This document shows, one piece after another, positions 41,156-49,995 of a stretch of 64,000 nt of DNA. Below the pieces are notes generated by a model, which saw nothing but the letters and a program-made list of their open reading frames with translations, ran no database searches and had not been told where the DNA came from. The stretch's first letter is position 1, and each line of letters opens with the position of its first letter. Source of the DNA: Longimicrobiales bacterium (lineage in GTDB: Bacteria > Gemmatimonadota > Gemmatimonadetes > Longimicrobiales > Gaopeijiaceae); NCBI GenBank assembly GCA_965248195.1, contig CBDFIQ010000002.1, positions 1,984,001 through 2,048,000 of the forward strand, in the 5' to 3' direction. The position numbers and the translations under genes were made by a program.

Positions 41156-42370
41156 TCAGGGCTCGAGCCGGAGCAGCACCGCGTCGTCCTCCTCGGTCAA
41201 GATATAGAGGTACCCGTCGGGCCCCTGCCGAACGTCTCGGATCCGCTGCTTGAGTTCGGTGAGTAACCACTCACGTCGGATCTCCTCACCGTCCGCGTTG
41301 AACACGATCCTCTCCAAGTGCCCGGTGTGGGCCATCCTCCCGACCATCATCGAGCCGACGAACAGGTTGCCCTGCCAGGCGGGAAAATGCTCACCCGTGT
41401 AGAACGTCATCCCGGACGGGGCGATCGACGGCCACCAGAGGACCTCGGCACTTTCGAACGTAGCGAGCCAAGGCGTGTCCGACACCCAATCACCGATGTA
41501 CTCACGGCTGTACGAGGCGATTGGCCAGCCGTAGTTCCGGCCCGCCCGAATGATGTTGACCTCGTCACCGCCCTGGGGTCCGTTCTCGCTCGCCCACAGA
41601 TCCCCTGTCTCCGGATGCAGCGAGAGCCCAAGCTGGTTTCGGTGCCCCAAGGAGTAGATTTCCGGCAGGTAATCGGCGTTGCCGACGAACGGGTTGCCGG
41701 GGGCCGGCGTCCCGTCGTCGTTGAGGCGTAGGAGCTTGCCGAAGTGCGTGCCCGGATCCTGCGCGTACTCCCCTGTCTGTGCAAACACGTAGGATCCGCC
41801 GATGCTCATGAACAGCGTCCCATCCGGGTGGAACAGGATTCTGGACGCGGCGATCCCGTCATCCAACCCCTTCGCCACAAAGATCTCCTCCACCTCGGTC
41901 AGTCGATCCCCGTCGAGGAGACCCCGGGACAATGCGACCGTCTGCGCAGGTTCCCCCTCATGTTCTATCGCTTTGGTGTACGTGAGGAAGACGACGCGGT
42001 CATCGTCCGGGTGGAGGGCGATGTCCAGGAGTCCGGCGCGGTCCCGACCAGCGAACACTTCCGGTACACCCGGGATGTCCCGCTCCAGGAGCTGGCCGTC
42101 GCGGATCACCCTCAGCGTGCCCTTGTCACGTTCCGTGACCAGGATGTCGCCGTTGCGTCTGAAGGCCATGCCCCAAGGATGCGAGAGCCCGCCGGCGATC
42201 GGCACCACGCGCACTAGAGGCACCACGTCCGTGTTGATCACCACCGGCCCGTCCGGTGGTCGCAGCGCTGGGACGCCGCCACGTGTCTGGGCGGATGCGG
42301 ATCCGCCCGAGAGGACTATCGCGAACGTGAGCGCGAAACACGGGCGTCGAACTCGGGTCATCTGGCTCAT
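41156..42370 (-). CDS. PQQ-dependent sugar dehydrogenase (YliI/Asd-like)
   Basis: GLSHPWGMAF, GLLDIALHP, GKLLRLNDDG, YSLGHRN, ENGPQGGDEVN, NYGWP, RIRDVRQGPDGYLY motifs. Confidence 0.9.
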   Translation of the reverse strand: MSQMTRVRRPCFALTFAIVLSGGSASAQTRGGVPALRPPDGPVVINTDVVPLVRVVPIAGGLSHPWGMAFRRNGDILVTERDKGTLRVIRDGQLLERDIPGVPEVFAGRDRAGLLDIALHPDDDRVVFLTYTKAIEHEGEPAQTVALSRGLLDGDRLTEVEEIFVAKGLDDGIAASRILFHPDGTLFMSIGGSYVFAQTGEYAQDPGTHFGKLLRLNDDGTPAPGNPFVGNADYLPEIYSLGHRNQLGLSLHPETGDLWASENGPQGGDEVNIIRAGRNYGWPIASYSREYIGDWVSDTPWLATFESAEVLWWPSIAPSGMTFYTGEHFPAWQGNLFVGSMMVGRMAHTGHLERIVFNADGEEIRREWLLTELKQRIRDVRQGPDGYLYILTEEDDAVLLRLEP

Positions 42371-42526
42371 GGCTCCTCCCTGTTGGAACCATCATACTAC
42401 GGCAGCGCGCTTGGCCATGCACCGTCAGCCTTGCAGCTCACGCCTTGCGTTGGCATCGTGGTACGAGTGGTTGGGTGGGTCCCCAGCAAGCCCATCCGCA
42501 TTCGAAATCGGAGAAGTTCGGGTCCA

Positions 42527-43081
42527 ATGCAGGCGAATCTCAAGACAAAAAATCCACGGGTGGCGGGCGGTTTAGCGCTCGTTGGTGGCCCCCTGGGCTT
42601 TCTGTATGTCGGGTGGCGTTACGCTCTAGCCGCGACGGCTGTCTTCGTAGCCGTCATCATGGTCTTCGCGTTTCTGCCTGTCCCATCCTGGCTCAAGTAT
42701 GTCAATCTGCCGGTCTTCGCATTCATGGCCTACACGATTTGCGAGTCGCTCAATCGCCTCGTTGACCGGGGACTGCACAGGGACGTTCTCGAGTCCAACA
42801 CGTGGCCAATCGCCGTTTTCGCCATGACGAGCATGCTTCCCCTGCTCGCAGGGACTCACTCGGCGGTTATGGGGGTCACTACCGCCGTCTCGCCGTTCAT
42901 GGGCGGTGACATAGGCAGGGGCATGTTCATGCTGTTGTTGGTGACTCCGCTGTTCGTCGTAGTGAATTTCGTCGGTTTTCTGCTGATTGCCACACTCATT
43001 GATCGTGTGGTCATGAGGTTGGCCCCTGCCACACGAAGGCACATTTTCCCACCCGTAATGAGCTTTTGGGGGGAGAGGTAG
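42527..43081 (+). CDS. Hypothetical integral membrane protein
   Basis: KNPRVAGGLAL.GGPLGFLYVGW start typical of TM2-like membrane proteins; several hydrophobic helices. Confidence 0.65.
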   Translation: MQANLKTKNPRVAGGLALVGGPLGFLYVGWRYALAATAVFVAVIMVFAFLPVPSWLKYVNLPVFAFMAYTICESLNRLVDRGLHRDVLESNTWPIAVFAMTSMLPLLAGTHSAVMGVTTAVSPFMGGDIGRGMFMLLLVTPLFVVVNFVGFLLIATLIDRVVMRLAPATRRHIFPPVMSFWGER

Positions 43082-43386
43082 GGCACCCGGCCAGGTAGAC
43101 GGTGGTTCTCGCCCGTGCCTTCGGCCCGATGGTTGTCCCTTGGAAGCGCATCGTGGACCATCGCGTACCAACAACGAAATAAACTGCATCCCGCCGTATC
43201 GCCTAGTGGAGTGCAGACGCGGTGTGCGGGCGTGGATGTGAAGGTAGGAGAGCGCACGGACCTCAACCGCATGCGCCTCGTCCGATCTTGCATCGGAGAA
43301 CGCTGAAGGCGTATCATGCACGGGCAGCTCACCATTCCCGCACCGTCATAGGAGAAGTCAAATGGATCGATTGTCTACCGTACTAG

Positions 43387-44198
43387 GGCCTGTTAACACT
43401 ATCTGAGGGCTTCGACGATGAGCGCGAAGTGGATGAAGGCGGTAAACATCACGTCGAGCTTGTCAAAGCGGGAGAAGATTCTTCTGAAGCCTTTGAGTCG
43501 CCGAAATAACCGCTCTATTTCGTTACGACGGCGATACATGACTCGGTCATACTGCCACGGGTTAACACGGCCCTGCTTGGGTGGCACGACCGGCGTAAAC
43601 CCCAGCTCCAACACCAATTGCCGTGTTTCGCCCCCCTCGTACGCCCGGTCCATGATCATGGACACTGTGGAATGTACCGGCTTCAACGTGCGTAGCAGTT
43701 CCCGTCCTTCCGGCGCGTCGTGCTTGTGGCCTGGCGATAGCGAGAAGGTTATCGCGGTTCGAGCATCTGCGGCAACCATATGAATCTTGGTGGTCCAGCC
43801 TCCACGCGACTTGCCGATGGCCTGCGGGCCGTTTTTTTTTAGAGCGCCGGTGCCATCAGGGTGCACCTTGACGATGGTACTGTCGATCGACAGAGCTTGG
43901 ATCTTGATCCGGATAATTTGCTCGTCTTGCAGGGCCGCAAAGACACGATCCAGCACACCTGCCCTGGCCCAGCGATTCATTCGGGTGTAGATCGTATGCC
44001 AGTTACCGAAACGCGGAGGCAACCCCCGCCATTTGCAGCCGTGTTCGGCCACATACAGGATCGCGTTAAGCACTTCGAGATTGGAGATGCTCACATTGCC
44101 GCGCTGATGCGGAAAGCAAGCCTCTATCCGACGATATTGGGACTCTGTGATTTTCATAGCCCCAATATACTACAAATTGCCCTTAGTGTTAACAGACC
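43387..44198 (-). mobile_element. IS5 family element (IS427-group-like), inserted at CTAG
   Basis: IRs GGCCTGTTAACACTA / TAGTGTTAACAGACC; CTAG on both flanks (43383-43386, 44199-44202). Confidence 0.93.
43399..44157 (-). CDS. IS5 family transposase
   Basis: NAILYV...GCKWRGLP..FG.WHTIY.R..RW, IDST.VK.H, GKSRGG.TTKIH, DRAY, Y..RNEIERLF..LK.FRRI..R.DK motifs. Confidence 0.95.
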   Translation of the reverse strand: MKITESQYRRIEACFPHQRGNVSISNLEVLNAILYVAEHGCKWRGLPPRFGNWHTIYTRMNRWARAGVLDRVFAALQDEQIIRIKIQALSIDSTIVKVHPDGTGALKKNGPQAIGKSRGGWTTKIHMVAADARTAITFSLSPGHKHDAPEGRELLRTLKPVHSTVSMIMDRAYEGGETRQLVLELGFTPVVPPKQGRVNPWQYDRVMYRRRNEIERLFRRLKGFRRIFSRFDKLDVMFTAFIHFALIVEALR

Positions 44199-44921
44199 CT
44201 AGTGTTGGTCGCGCTGGCCGCGACGACCGCCTGCCAGGACCAGAAAGCCGGCCCCGTGGGACCGGAGGGCACCGTTGCACAGTCGAGCACGGCGTCGAGT
44301 AGGTCCAGTGTCTCGACATACGAGGTCACGGTCACGAACGAAACGCACGGCCAGCCATTCACCCCCCCGCTCGCTGTCACACACCGCCGGAGGCCCCCCG
44401 TGTTCAAGGTCGGTCAAGCGGCGAGCCTCGGAGTGCAAGAGATCGCCGAGAACGGAAATCTCGCGGAACTCGAGGCTGCATTGGCGGGGGACGTATTCGA
44501 TCTGGTGATCGCTGCTGGATCACCCCCCCCTATCCTTCCGGGGACTTCGCGTTCGTTTACGATCACGGCGGACAGGCGAGCCAAGTTTTTCTCGTTCGTT
44601 TCGATGCTGATTTGCACGAATGACGGCTTTACCGGTCTCGCTGGCGTGCGACTGCCCGACGATGACGATGCCTCGGTTCACAAGCTCGTGGCGTATGACG
44701 CGGGCACCGAGAGGACTACGGAACTCTTCGCCGACATGGTTCCGCCCTGCGGCCCCTTGACCAGTAGTGGTCCAAGCGGTAGCGGCACCGGCACGACCAA
44801 CCCGACCCTCGCCGAGAACGGCGTTATCCACATGCACGCAGGTATCCAGGGGATCGGTGACCTGGACCTGAACCTTCACAGATGGACCGATCCCGTCGCA
44901 ACTGTGTCCATCAGACGCCTC

Positions 44922-45017
44922 GACGACGATGGGGACGATGACGACGATGGGGACAATGATGACGATGGGGACAATGACGACGATGGGGACAATGACGACG
45001 ATGGGGACGATGGGGAC
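44922..45017. repeat. 18-bp tandem repeat x5 encoding an Asp-rich linker (DDDGDN)
   Basis: GAyGACGATGGGGACrAT units at 44922, 44940, 44958, 44976 and 44994. Confidence 0.9.
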
Positions 45018-45458
45018 GTGGAGACCGAGGCGGACTTGGACGGCAGTCAAGAGGTCCCATCTGTTGTGACCAACATGACGGGTGAGGTCGAGGTGGAGAT
45101 CGAGGATGGCAAGCTGGAGTTTGAGCTCGAGGTCTCCAACAATACGCACAACATCTTCGCGGCACACATTCACTGTGCGGCCCCGGGCGCCAATGGTCCA
45201 GTTGGTGTCACCCTTTTCAGCGGGTCTTTCACGGCCGCAAGTGGAATCCTGGCTGAGGGGACAGTAATGGCTCCGAACACGGGAAACAGCTGCGGCTGGG
45301 CCGACATTTCTGCTGTCGCCGCTGCGATACGGAGCGGGAACACCTATGTCAACGTTCATACAACGTCAACATCGGGTGGAGTCCCGTCGGGCGAGATCAG
45401 AGGCAATCTGCCTGGAAGTGACGATGATGACGATTGACCGCTGATGCCGACCAATCCG

Positions 45459-45498
45459 GAAGCCCCGAGCGCCCCAGCGGCGTTCGGGGCTTTCTTCT
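45459..45498 (+). terminator. Putative rho-independent terminator after the Spondin-CHRD gene
   Basis: AAGCCCCGAGCGCC-ccagc-GGCGTTCGGGGCTT hairpin followed by TCTTCT. Confidence 0.7.
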
Positions 45499-45550
45499 CC
45501 GAAACTTGTCCAAACGGCGAGCCCGAACGTGGACAACCGCTGGAAGGTTA

Positions 45551-45604
45551 GTGCCGGGGGTGGGAATCGAACCCACATGGGATTTCTCCCGAGGGATTTT
45601 AAGT
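45551..45604 (-). pseudogene. 3' half of a tRNA-Leu(TAA); probable att-site scar
   Basis: Minus strand ACTTAAAATCCCTCGGGAGAAATCCCATGTGGGTTCGATTCCCACCCCCGGCAC: anticodon loop, long variable arm, T-arm, acceptor strand; no 5' half upstream. Confidence 0.88.
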
Positions 45605-45712
45605 TCTAACCAGGGCCTTCTTGCGGCGTGACGCATGTGTACGAAAGTGCACGGATGCAAGTGAATACGGGGGATTCACGCTTTAGGGCTGTTGCAGGGA
45701 TCGACACCCGTT

Positions 45713-45822
45713 GGCACAGGTCACGGCACAATCACGGCACAATGGCTCCGTGTGGGTGCGAAGCTCAAACACGGGTTTCGCACCCTTTCTGCATCCGTTC
45801 TTGCACACAACATTGCACACAC
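45713..45822. repeat. Short tandem direct repeats resembling integrase arm-type sites
   Basis: TCACGGCACAA x2 (45721-45742) preceded by GGCACAG; TTGCACACA x2 (45801, 45813). Confidence 0.55.
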
Positions 45823-45872
45823 CTAATTCGGCTAGGGATCTGAAAAGGCTGATCAAGGCCATCCCAGCCACT

Positions 45873-46031
45873 ATCGCCCACCGGCTGTCGACGGTGCTGG
45901 GAGCCGACCACATCGTCGTGTTACACCACGGGGCGCTGTGTGAGGAGGGAACCCACGAGGAGCTGTTGGAGCTTGGTGGGCTGTACGTGCGGCTGCACGA
46001 GTTGCAGTTCACGCGGACGCCGGTGGCGTGA
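45873..46031 (+). pseudogene. C-terminal fragment of an ABC exporter ATPase
   Basis: [15 protein letters not shown]...E.GTHEELL...GLY..L..LQF; no upstream Walker motifs. Confidence 0.85.
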
Positions 46032-46041
46032 TCAAGCCGGG

Positions 46042-46122
46042 CTAGCGCAGCCCCCCGTCGCCCTCGCTAGCTAGGATCCGAAAGCCCTCCTCAATCCAGT
46101 CTTTCCGTGATCTTCGAGCCAT
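46042..46122 (-). pseudogene. N-terminal fragment of a TetR-family regulator
   Basis: GGAGGAGGAG RBS then MARRSRKDWIEEGFRILASEGDGGLR-stop, resembling TetR helix 1. Confidence 0.55.
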
Positions 46123-46290
46123 CCGGCAGTCTCGCTCCTCCTCCCATGTCTTGTCCTGACGGTGCACGGCGTCGAACTGTAATGCGTGCGAACCTCACAG
46201 GCCATCGCGCTCCGGACCTCAGTCCCGCGGGATAAAGTGTTCAAGAACGACATACACACCGACCACACACGTAGCGATGAGCCCTGGAAC

Positions 46291-47666
46291 GGTCAAGTCC
46301 CGATTTGTGTGTAAAAGCGGAGGAAGCTCCTCGCCTTCGGCTAGGCTGCTTGGGCGACCTCCTGTTTCTGGAGGAGTGAGAGGTCGAGGTAACGCCGGTC
46401 GCCCCAGACGTGTGTGGTCCTGAGTGCGACGGCCGTGATGAGCCTGAGGGCGCTGGCCCGGTCCGGGAAGGCGCCGGCGGCCTTGATCCTGCGTTTGATC
46501 TCGCCGTGCAGCCGCTCGAGGCTGTTGGTGGTACGCAGCCGGGGCCAGTGCGCCTCGGGGAACGCGTAGAACTGCGTCGCTGCCCCGAAGCCCCGCTCCA
46601 GGACCTCCACGGCCTCGGGCAGCTCCTTCTTCCAGCGTGCGCCGAACTCGCCCAGGAGCTTCTTCGCCTCGGCGAGTCCGGATGTCTGGAAGATCACCGA
46701 GACCTCACGCGCCACGCGCTTGCGTAGGCGGTGGGGGACCCTCGCCCCCACATTACGCTGCAGATGGACCGTACACCTCTGACGGCGTGCCTCGGGCAGG
46801 AAGCGGCGGACCGCAGCTGCCAGGCCTGCGTGCTCATCGGCGATCACGAGCTCGACACCGCCGAGGCCGCGGTCCTGGAGTTGCTCGAGGAGCTCCGACC
46901 AGCTCTGCTGCGACTCCTCAGCGCCCAGCGTGACGGCCAGGAGCCGTCGGTGACCCTCAGGGCCCACTGCATACGCCACGAGCGCACTCACGTTCTCGAC
47001 TTTGCGGGCCCAGCGGGCGTCCAAGAACGTGGCGTCCAGGTACAGATAGGGGTGAGGCCCCTCGATCGGCGCACGGCGCAGCCCTTCCACGGCCTCGTCG
47101 AGCCGTTTTGCCACACGACTCACCGTCGAGCGCCCAACACGCTCGCCCATCAGCGCCTCGGTGACGTCGCCCATCTTGCGCTGTGACACGCCGCTCACAT
47201 ACGCCTCGACCATCATCTCGTCGAGCTCGGGGCTCCTGCGCTGGTAGCGGCCGATCACGTCGGCCGGCGAACCGTTGTCCCGGCTCCGGGGCATGGCGAC
47301 CTCGATCTGCCCCAGGCTCGTCAGCAGCCGCCTCAGGTATGTGCCGTTCCTATGGTCCTTCCGGCTTCCCACCCGCTCGAAGCGGCGTGCACCTACCATG
47401 GCCTTCAGCTCCTCTTCCAGCACCATCTCGAGCGTCAGCCGGATCGCGCCTTGAAACAGCTCGCGCAAATCATCGCGTAGCTCGTCTTGCGTGGCCCGAC
47501 CGATCTCCACAATCTCTTGCATCGGAAGCTCCTCTCCGGTTCCGAGCCTGCTCTGCAGACCCGGACTCCCGGGTTCATGTGACAGTGAACAACAACAGAG
47601 GAGCTTCCGTTTTTCTTTCCCTCCTGTCCAGCTTATCCGCTTTTACACAAATCTAGGGACACTACC
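46291..47666 (-). mobile_element. IS256 family element, copy 2 (1376 bp, appears identical to copy 1), no TSD
   Basis: Same ends, length and identical transposase translation as copy 1; flanks CCCTGGAAC / GGTGGGGAA do not match. Confidence 0.95.
46341..47522 (-). CDS. IS256 family transposase
   Basis: Identical protein to 36435..37616. Confidence 0.96.
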   Translation of the reverse strand: MQEIVEIGRATQDELRDDLRELFQGAIRLTLEMVLEEELKAMVGARRFERVGSRKDHRNGTYLRRLLTSLGQIEVAMPRSRDNGSPADVIGRYQRRSPELDEMMVEAYVSGVSQRKMGDVTEALMGERVGRSTVSRVAKRLDEAVEGLRRAPIEGPHPYLYLDATFLDARWARKVENVSALVAYAVGPEGHRRLLAVTLGAEESQQSWSELLEQLQDRGLGGVELVIADEHAGLAAAVRRFLPEARRQRCTVHLQRNVGARVPHRLRKRVAREVSVIFQTSGLAEAKKLLGEFGARWKKELPEAVEVLERGFGAATQFYAFPEAHWPRLRTTNSLERLHGEIKRRIKAAGAFPDRASALRLITAVALRTTHVWGDRRYLDLSLLQKQEVAQAA

Positions 47667-47879
47667 GGTGGGGAAGGGTGGTGAGGAGAAGGCACGAAAC
47701 GGGCTCAAGCATACTGAAGGCGCGACGAGGCCAAAGAGACCAAGGTCCAAAAAAAAGCGGGGGCACGAGTCCAAAGAAACGAACGACGCGGGAGGGGCGC
47801 TGGCTCAGGGGTGGGACAGCGTGCGTGAGGACGCCGCCATGGCTCTCCCGCGTTCAAACGTTCTCAAAGAAGGGGCGGC

Positions 47880-48146
47880 ATGACCGCCCATGACCAACGG
47901 CAGCAGCATGGCAAGGAAGTCAGCGGGAAGCTCATGGAGAGAATCGGCCAGGTCGCTGCCGCCGTACCACTCGGCCACTGGCCCCCTATCGTCGACGCAC
48001 CGTCATCAGAGTTCATGACCGCCCTGAGTGCGTGGGAGATCGACCCATCCGATTTGACGATGCAGCGGGTCAGCGACGCCTACGATGACGTGCTCGATGC
48101 GTGGCGTCAGGCTGCTGCTGAGTACGCCACAGAGAGGGCGTCGTAA
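47880..48146 (+). CDS. Hypothetical protein of the integrative element
   Basis: ATGA-coupled to an upstream IS-truncated ORF; co-oriented with xis/int. Confidence 0.55.
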   Translation: MTAHDQRQQHGKEVSGKLMERIGQVAAAVPLGHWPPIVDAPSSEFMTALSAWEIDPSDLTMQRVSDAYDDVLDAWRQAAAEYATERAS

Positions 48147-48188
48147 TGGGTGCTTGCGAAGTGAGGTTATATAAGCAATTATGCTTAC

Positions 48189-48434
48189 ATGGACAGCGCA
48201 ACGGTTTTCAGGAATGCGCTCCGATTCCTGGTGAGCACGTCGGTCGAAAAGGTGGCCAAAGACACAGGCTATTCCCGGTCGCTTCTGGACGGATACTTGA
48301 ATCGCAGGCCGCCGTCCAAAGCTGCTGTACTGGCATTGGCAAACCTGTTGAGGGTCCGCGCCAGCGAACTCCAACGGCACGCGATGAGTCTCGACGAGGT
48401 CGCCGATGAAGGCCCACGAGGAGATTCGGCATGA
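48189..48434 (+). CDS. Putative HTH DNA-binding protein (Cro/Xre-like)
   Basis: SVEKVAKDTGYSRSLLDGYLN..RPPS HTH pattern. Confidence 0.65.
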   Translation: MDSATVFRNALRFLVSTSVEKVAKDTGYSRSLLDGYLNRRPPSKAAVLALANLLRVRASELQRHAMSLDEVADEGPRGDSA

Positions 48435-48621
48435 CCTGGTCGGCGACGGCTACGACATCGAGCCGCTACTCACCGCCGAGGAGGTCGGCCAGATTCTCAG
48501 GGTGCCCGCCAAGAGCGTCTACGAGCTTCCGCTCCCTCGCATCCGGCTCGGGACGCGACGCATCCGTTGGAGACCTTGTGACGTTCGTGCGTTCATCGAC
48601 CGAAGGGTTGAGGACCAATGA
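48406..48621 (+). CDS. Excisionase-like HTH protein
   Basis: LLTAEEVGQILRV....VY...LP.IRLG.R.IRW....V..FI; directly upstream of the integrase. Confidence 0.8.
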   Translation: MKAHEEIRHDLVGDGYDIEPLLTAEEVGQILRVPAKSVYELPLPRIRLGTRRIRWRPCDVRAFIDRRVEDQ

Positions 48622-48633
48622 GGGAGGCAGGTA

Positions 48634-49806
48634 ATGGCGACCAAACGAGCCAACGGCATCCACTATGTGAAGCGAACCTTCCCTGGCCTGGGCAAGATCT
48701 ACAAGAGCCTCGGGACCCGAAATAGGGGTCGCGCACAGGTCTTGGAGGCGATGTTGGTGTCGCTGCACGGCCAGGGCCGCGTCGAGCTTGTGAGGGCGTT
48801 CTTGGACGGCCGAATCACGGTCGAGGGCTTGGCCGAGTATTACGAGACGGGCCGCATCCACGAACTGACCGCCAAGCTCAGTGAACAGAACTCCCCGCTG
48901 TCCGAAGCTTGCGAGGACGCGCTGCGGCTCAAATCTCCCGACGTGAAAATCAGAACGCTTGAAGTCTACACAACGGGGCTCGCCCACTTCCGGCGTTTCA
49001 GCGGTCTGCGTTCTGTGAGAGAGGCACTGACAACCGATCAGATCCAAGAGTTCAAGGCGTTTCGGAAGGTAGAGGGCGTGAAGAGCGAGACGATCAACAA
49101 CGATTTGATCGCAGTTTCGATCCTCGCAACGCACGCGCTTCGCCGGAACTGGATCGACAAGCGCCCCGAGATCAGCCGGTTCACGACGAAAATACGGATC
49201 AACTACATCGAGTCCGACCAACTCGCCCCCTACATGGCGAACCTGCGTAGGCAGTTCCGCCCGCTGTTTCAGTTGTTGGTGGGTAGCGGGATGCGCCTCG
49301 GTGAGGCAGAGGCGTTGCGGGTCTGTGATCTACGAATGGGCGGCTCTGAGGCTCGTGCACAGATCAGAGACTCGAAAACGGAGTCCGGCGTCAGGAACGT
49401 GTTCATACCTGCGTGGGCCGCCGACGCGCTCAGGACACACATCGAGGAACGTGCGTTGTCGGGCACGGACCCGCTCTTTCCGATGCTGCGCCGCACGACC
49501 CAGAAGGAGCACCGCCGCGCCTGCAAGCTGGCAGGTATCCACGTTTATACCGTCCACGACCACAGGCACACGGCGGCAGTACACCTCGCCAGGGCGGGGT
49601 TGCCGCTCAACCTGCTCATGCGCCAACTCGGCCACTCCACAATCAAGATGACGATGCGTTACGCGGCGTTCCACCCCGACTATTCGGACATGGAAGAATA
49701 CTTCGATAGGGTTGGCGAAACCCTCGGATTGGGGGCTTCGGGTAACAGATCGGGTAACACCCCCAAGAAAGGGGTCCGCGAGCCGGAGCCGGTCAAGCTG
49801 CCGTAA
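48634..49806 (+). CDS. Tyrosine recombinase / phage-type integrase
   Basis: GMRLGEA (R), SKT (K), HDHRH (HxxR), LGH, RYA (Y); GGAGG RBS; abuts the tRNA-Ser 3' end. Confidence 0.94.
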   Translation: MATKRANGIHYVKRTFPGLGKIYKSLGTRNRGRAQVLEAMLVSLHGQGRVELVRAFLDGRITVEGLAEYYETGRIHELTAKLSEQNSPLSEACEDALRLKSPDVKIRTLEVYTTGLAHFRRFSGLRSVREALTTDQIQEFKAFRKVEGVKSETINNDLIAVSILATHALRRNWIDKRPEISRFTTKIRINYIESDQLAPYMANLRRQFRPLFQLLVGSGMRLGEAEALRVCDLRMGGSEARAQIRDSKTESGVRNVFIPAWAADALRTHIEERALSGTDPLFPMLRRTTQKEHRRACKLAGIHVYTVHDHRHTAAVHLARAGLPLNLLMRQLGHSTIKMTMRYAAFHPDYSDMEEYFDRVGETLGLGASGNRSGNTPKKGVREPEPVKLP

Positions 49807-49825
49807 ATCGTTGTCCTGTATGAAG

Positions 49826-49909
49826 CGGAGGGGGCGGGATTCGAACCCGCGTGGGCTTGCGCCCGCCAGTTTTCAAGACTGGTGCATTGAACCGCTCTGC
49901 CACCCCTCC
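49826..49909 (-). tRNA. tRNA-Ser(TGA)
   Basis: GGAGGGGTGGCAGAGCGGTTCAATGCACCAGTCTTGAAAACTGGCGGGCGCAAGCCCACGCGGGTTCGAATCCCGCCCCCTCCG: full cloverleaf, long variable arm, CCA not encoded. Confidence 0.96.
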
Positions 49910-49995
49910 AGGCGCTGCCTGTATTGGGAAACCTCAGGCACGCCCACGCCTCCTGTAAAGAGGGGTCCGATCAGTGGTAGGGGAAGCTTACGGGG

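Larger units (their letters stand above)
43362..45437 (+). pseudogene. Spondin_N plus CHRD domain lipoprotein, interrupted in the signal peptide by an IS5-family element
   Basis: RBS GGAGA + ATG 43362; reconstructed MDRLSTVL-VLVALAATTAC; Spondin motifs (VTVTN, QPFTP, AENGN, SMLICTNDGF, YDAGTE); CHRD motifs (LDGSQEVP, AAHIH, GPV, YVNVHT, GEIRG). Confidence 0.85.

Noticed and set aside
43115..43335. Small ORFs between the membrane protein and the Spondin gene
   Set aside because: No motif, RBS or family resemblance; likely spurious
45551..45604. Functional tRNA-Leu gene, or attR of the tRNA-Ser element
   Set aside because: The 5' half is absent and the sequence differs from the tRNA-Ser 3' half
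36385..47666. Composite transposon bounded by the two IS256 copies
   Set aside because: Copy 1 has its own TSD on both sides inside one gene and the outer flanks do not match, so the block did not arrive as a unit
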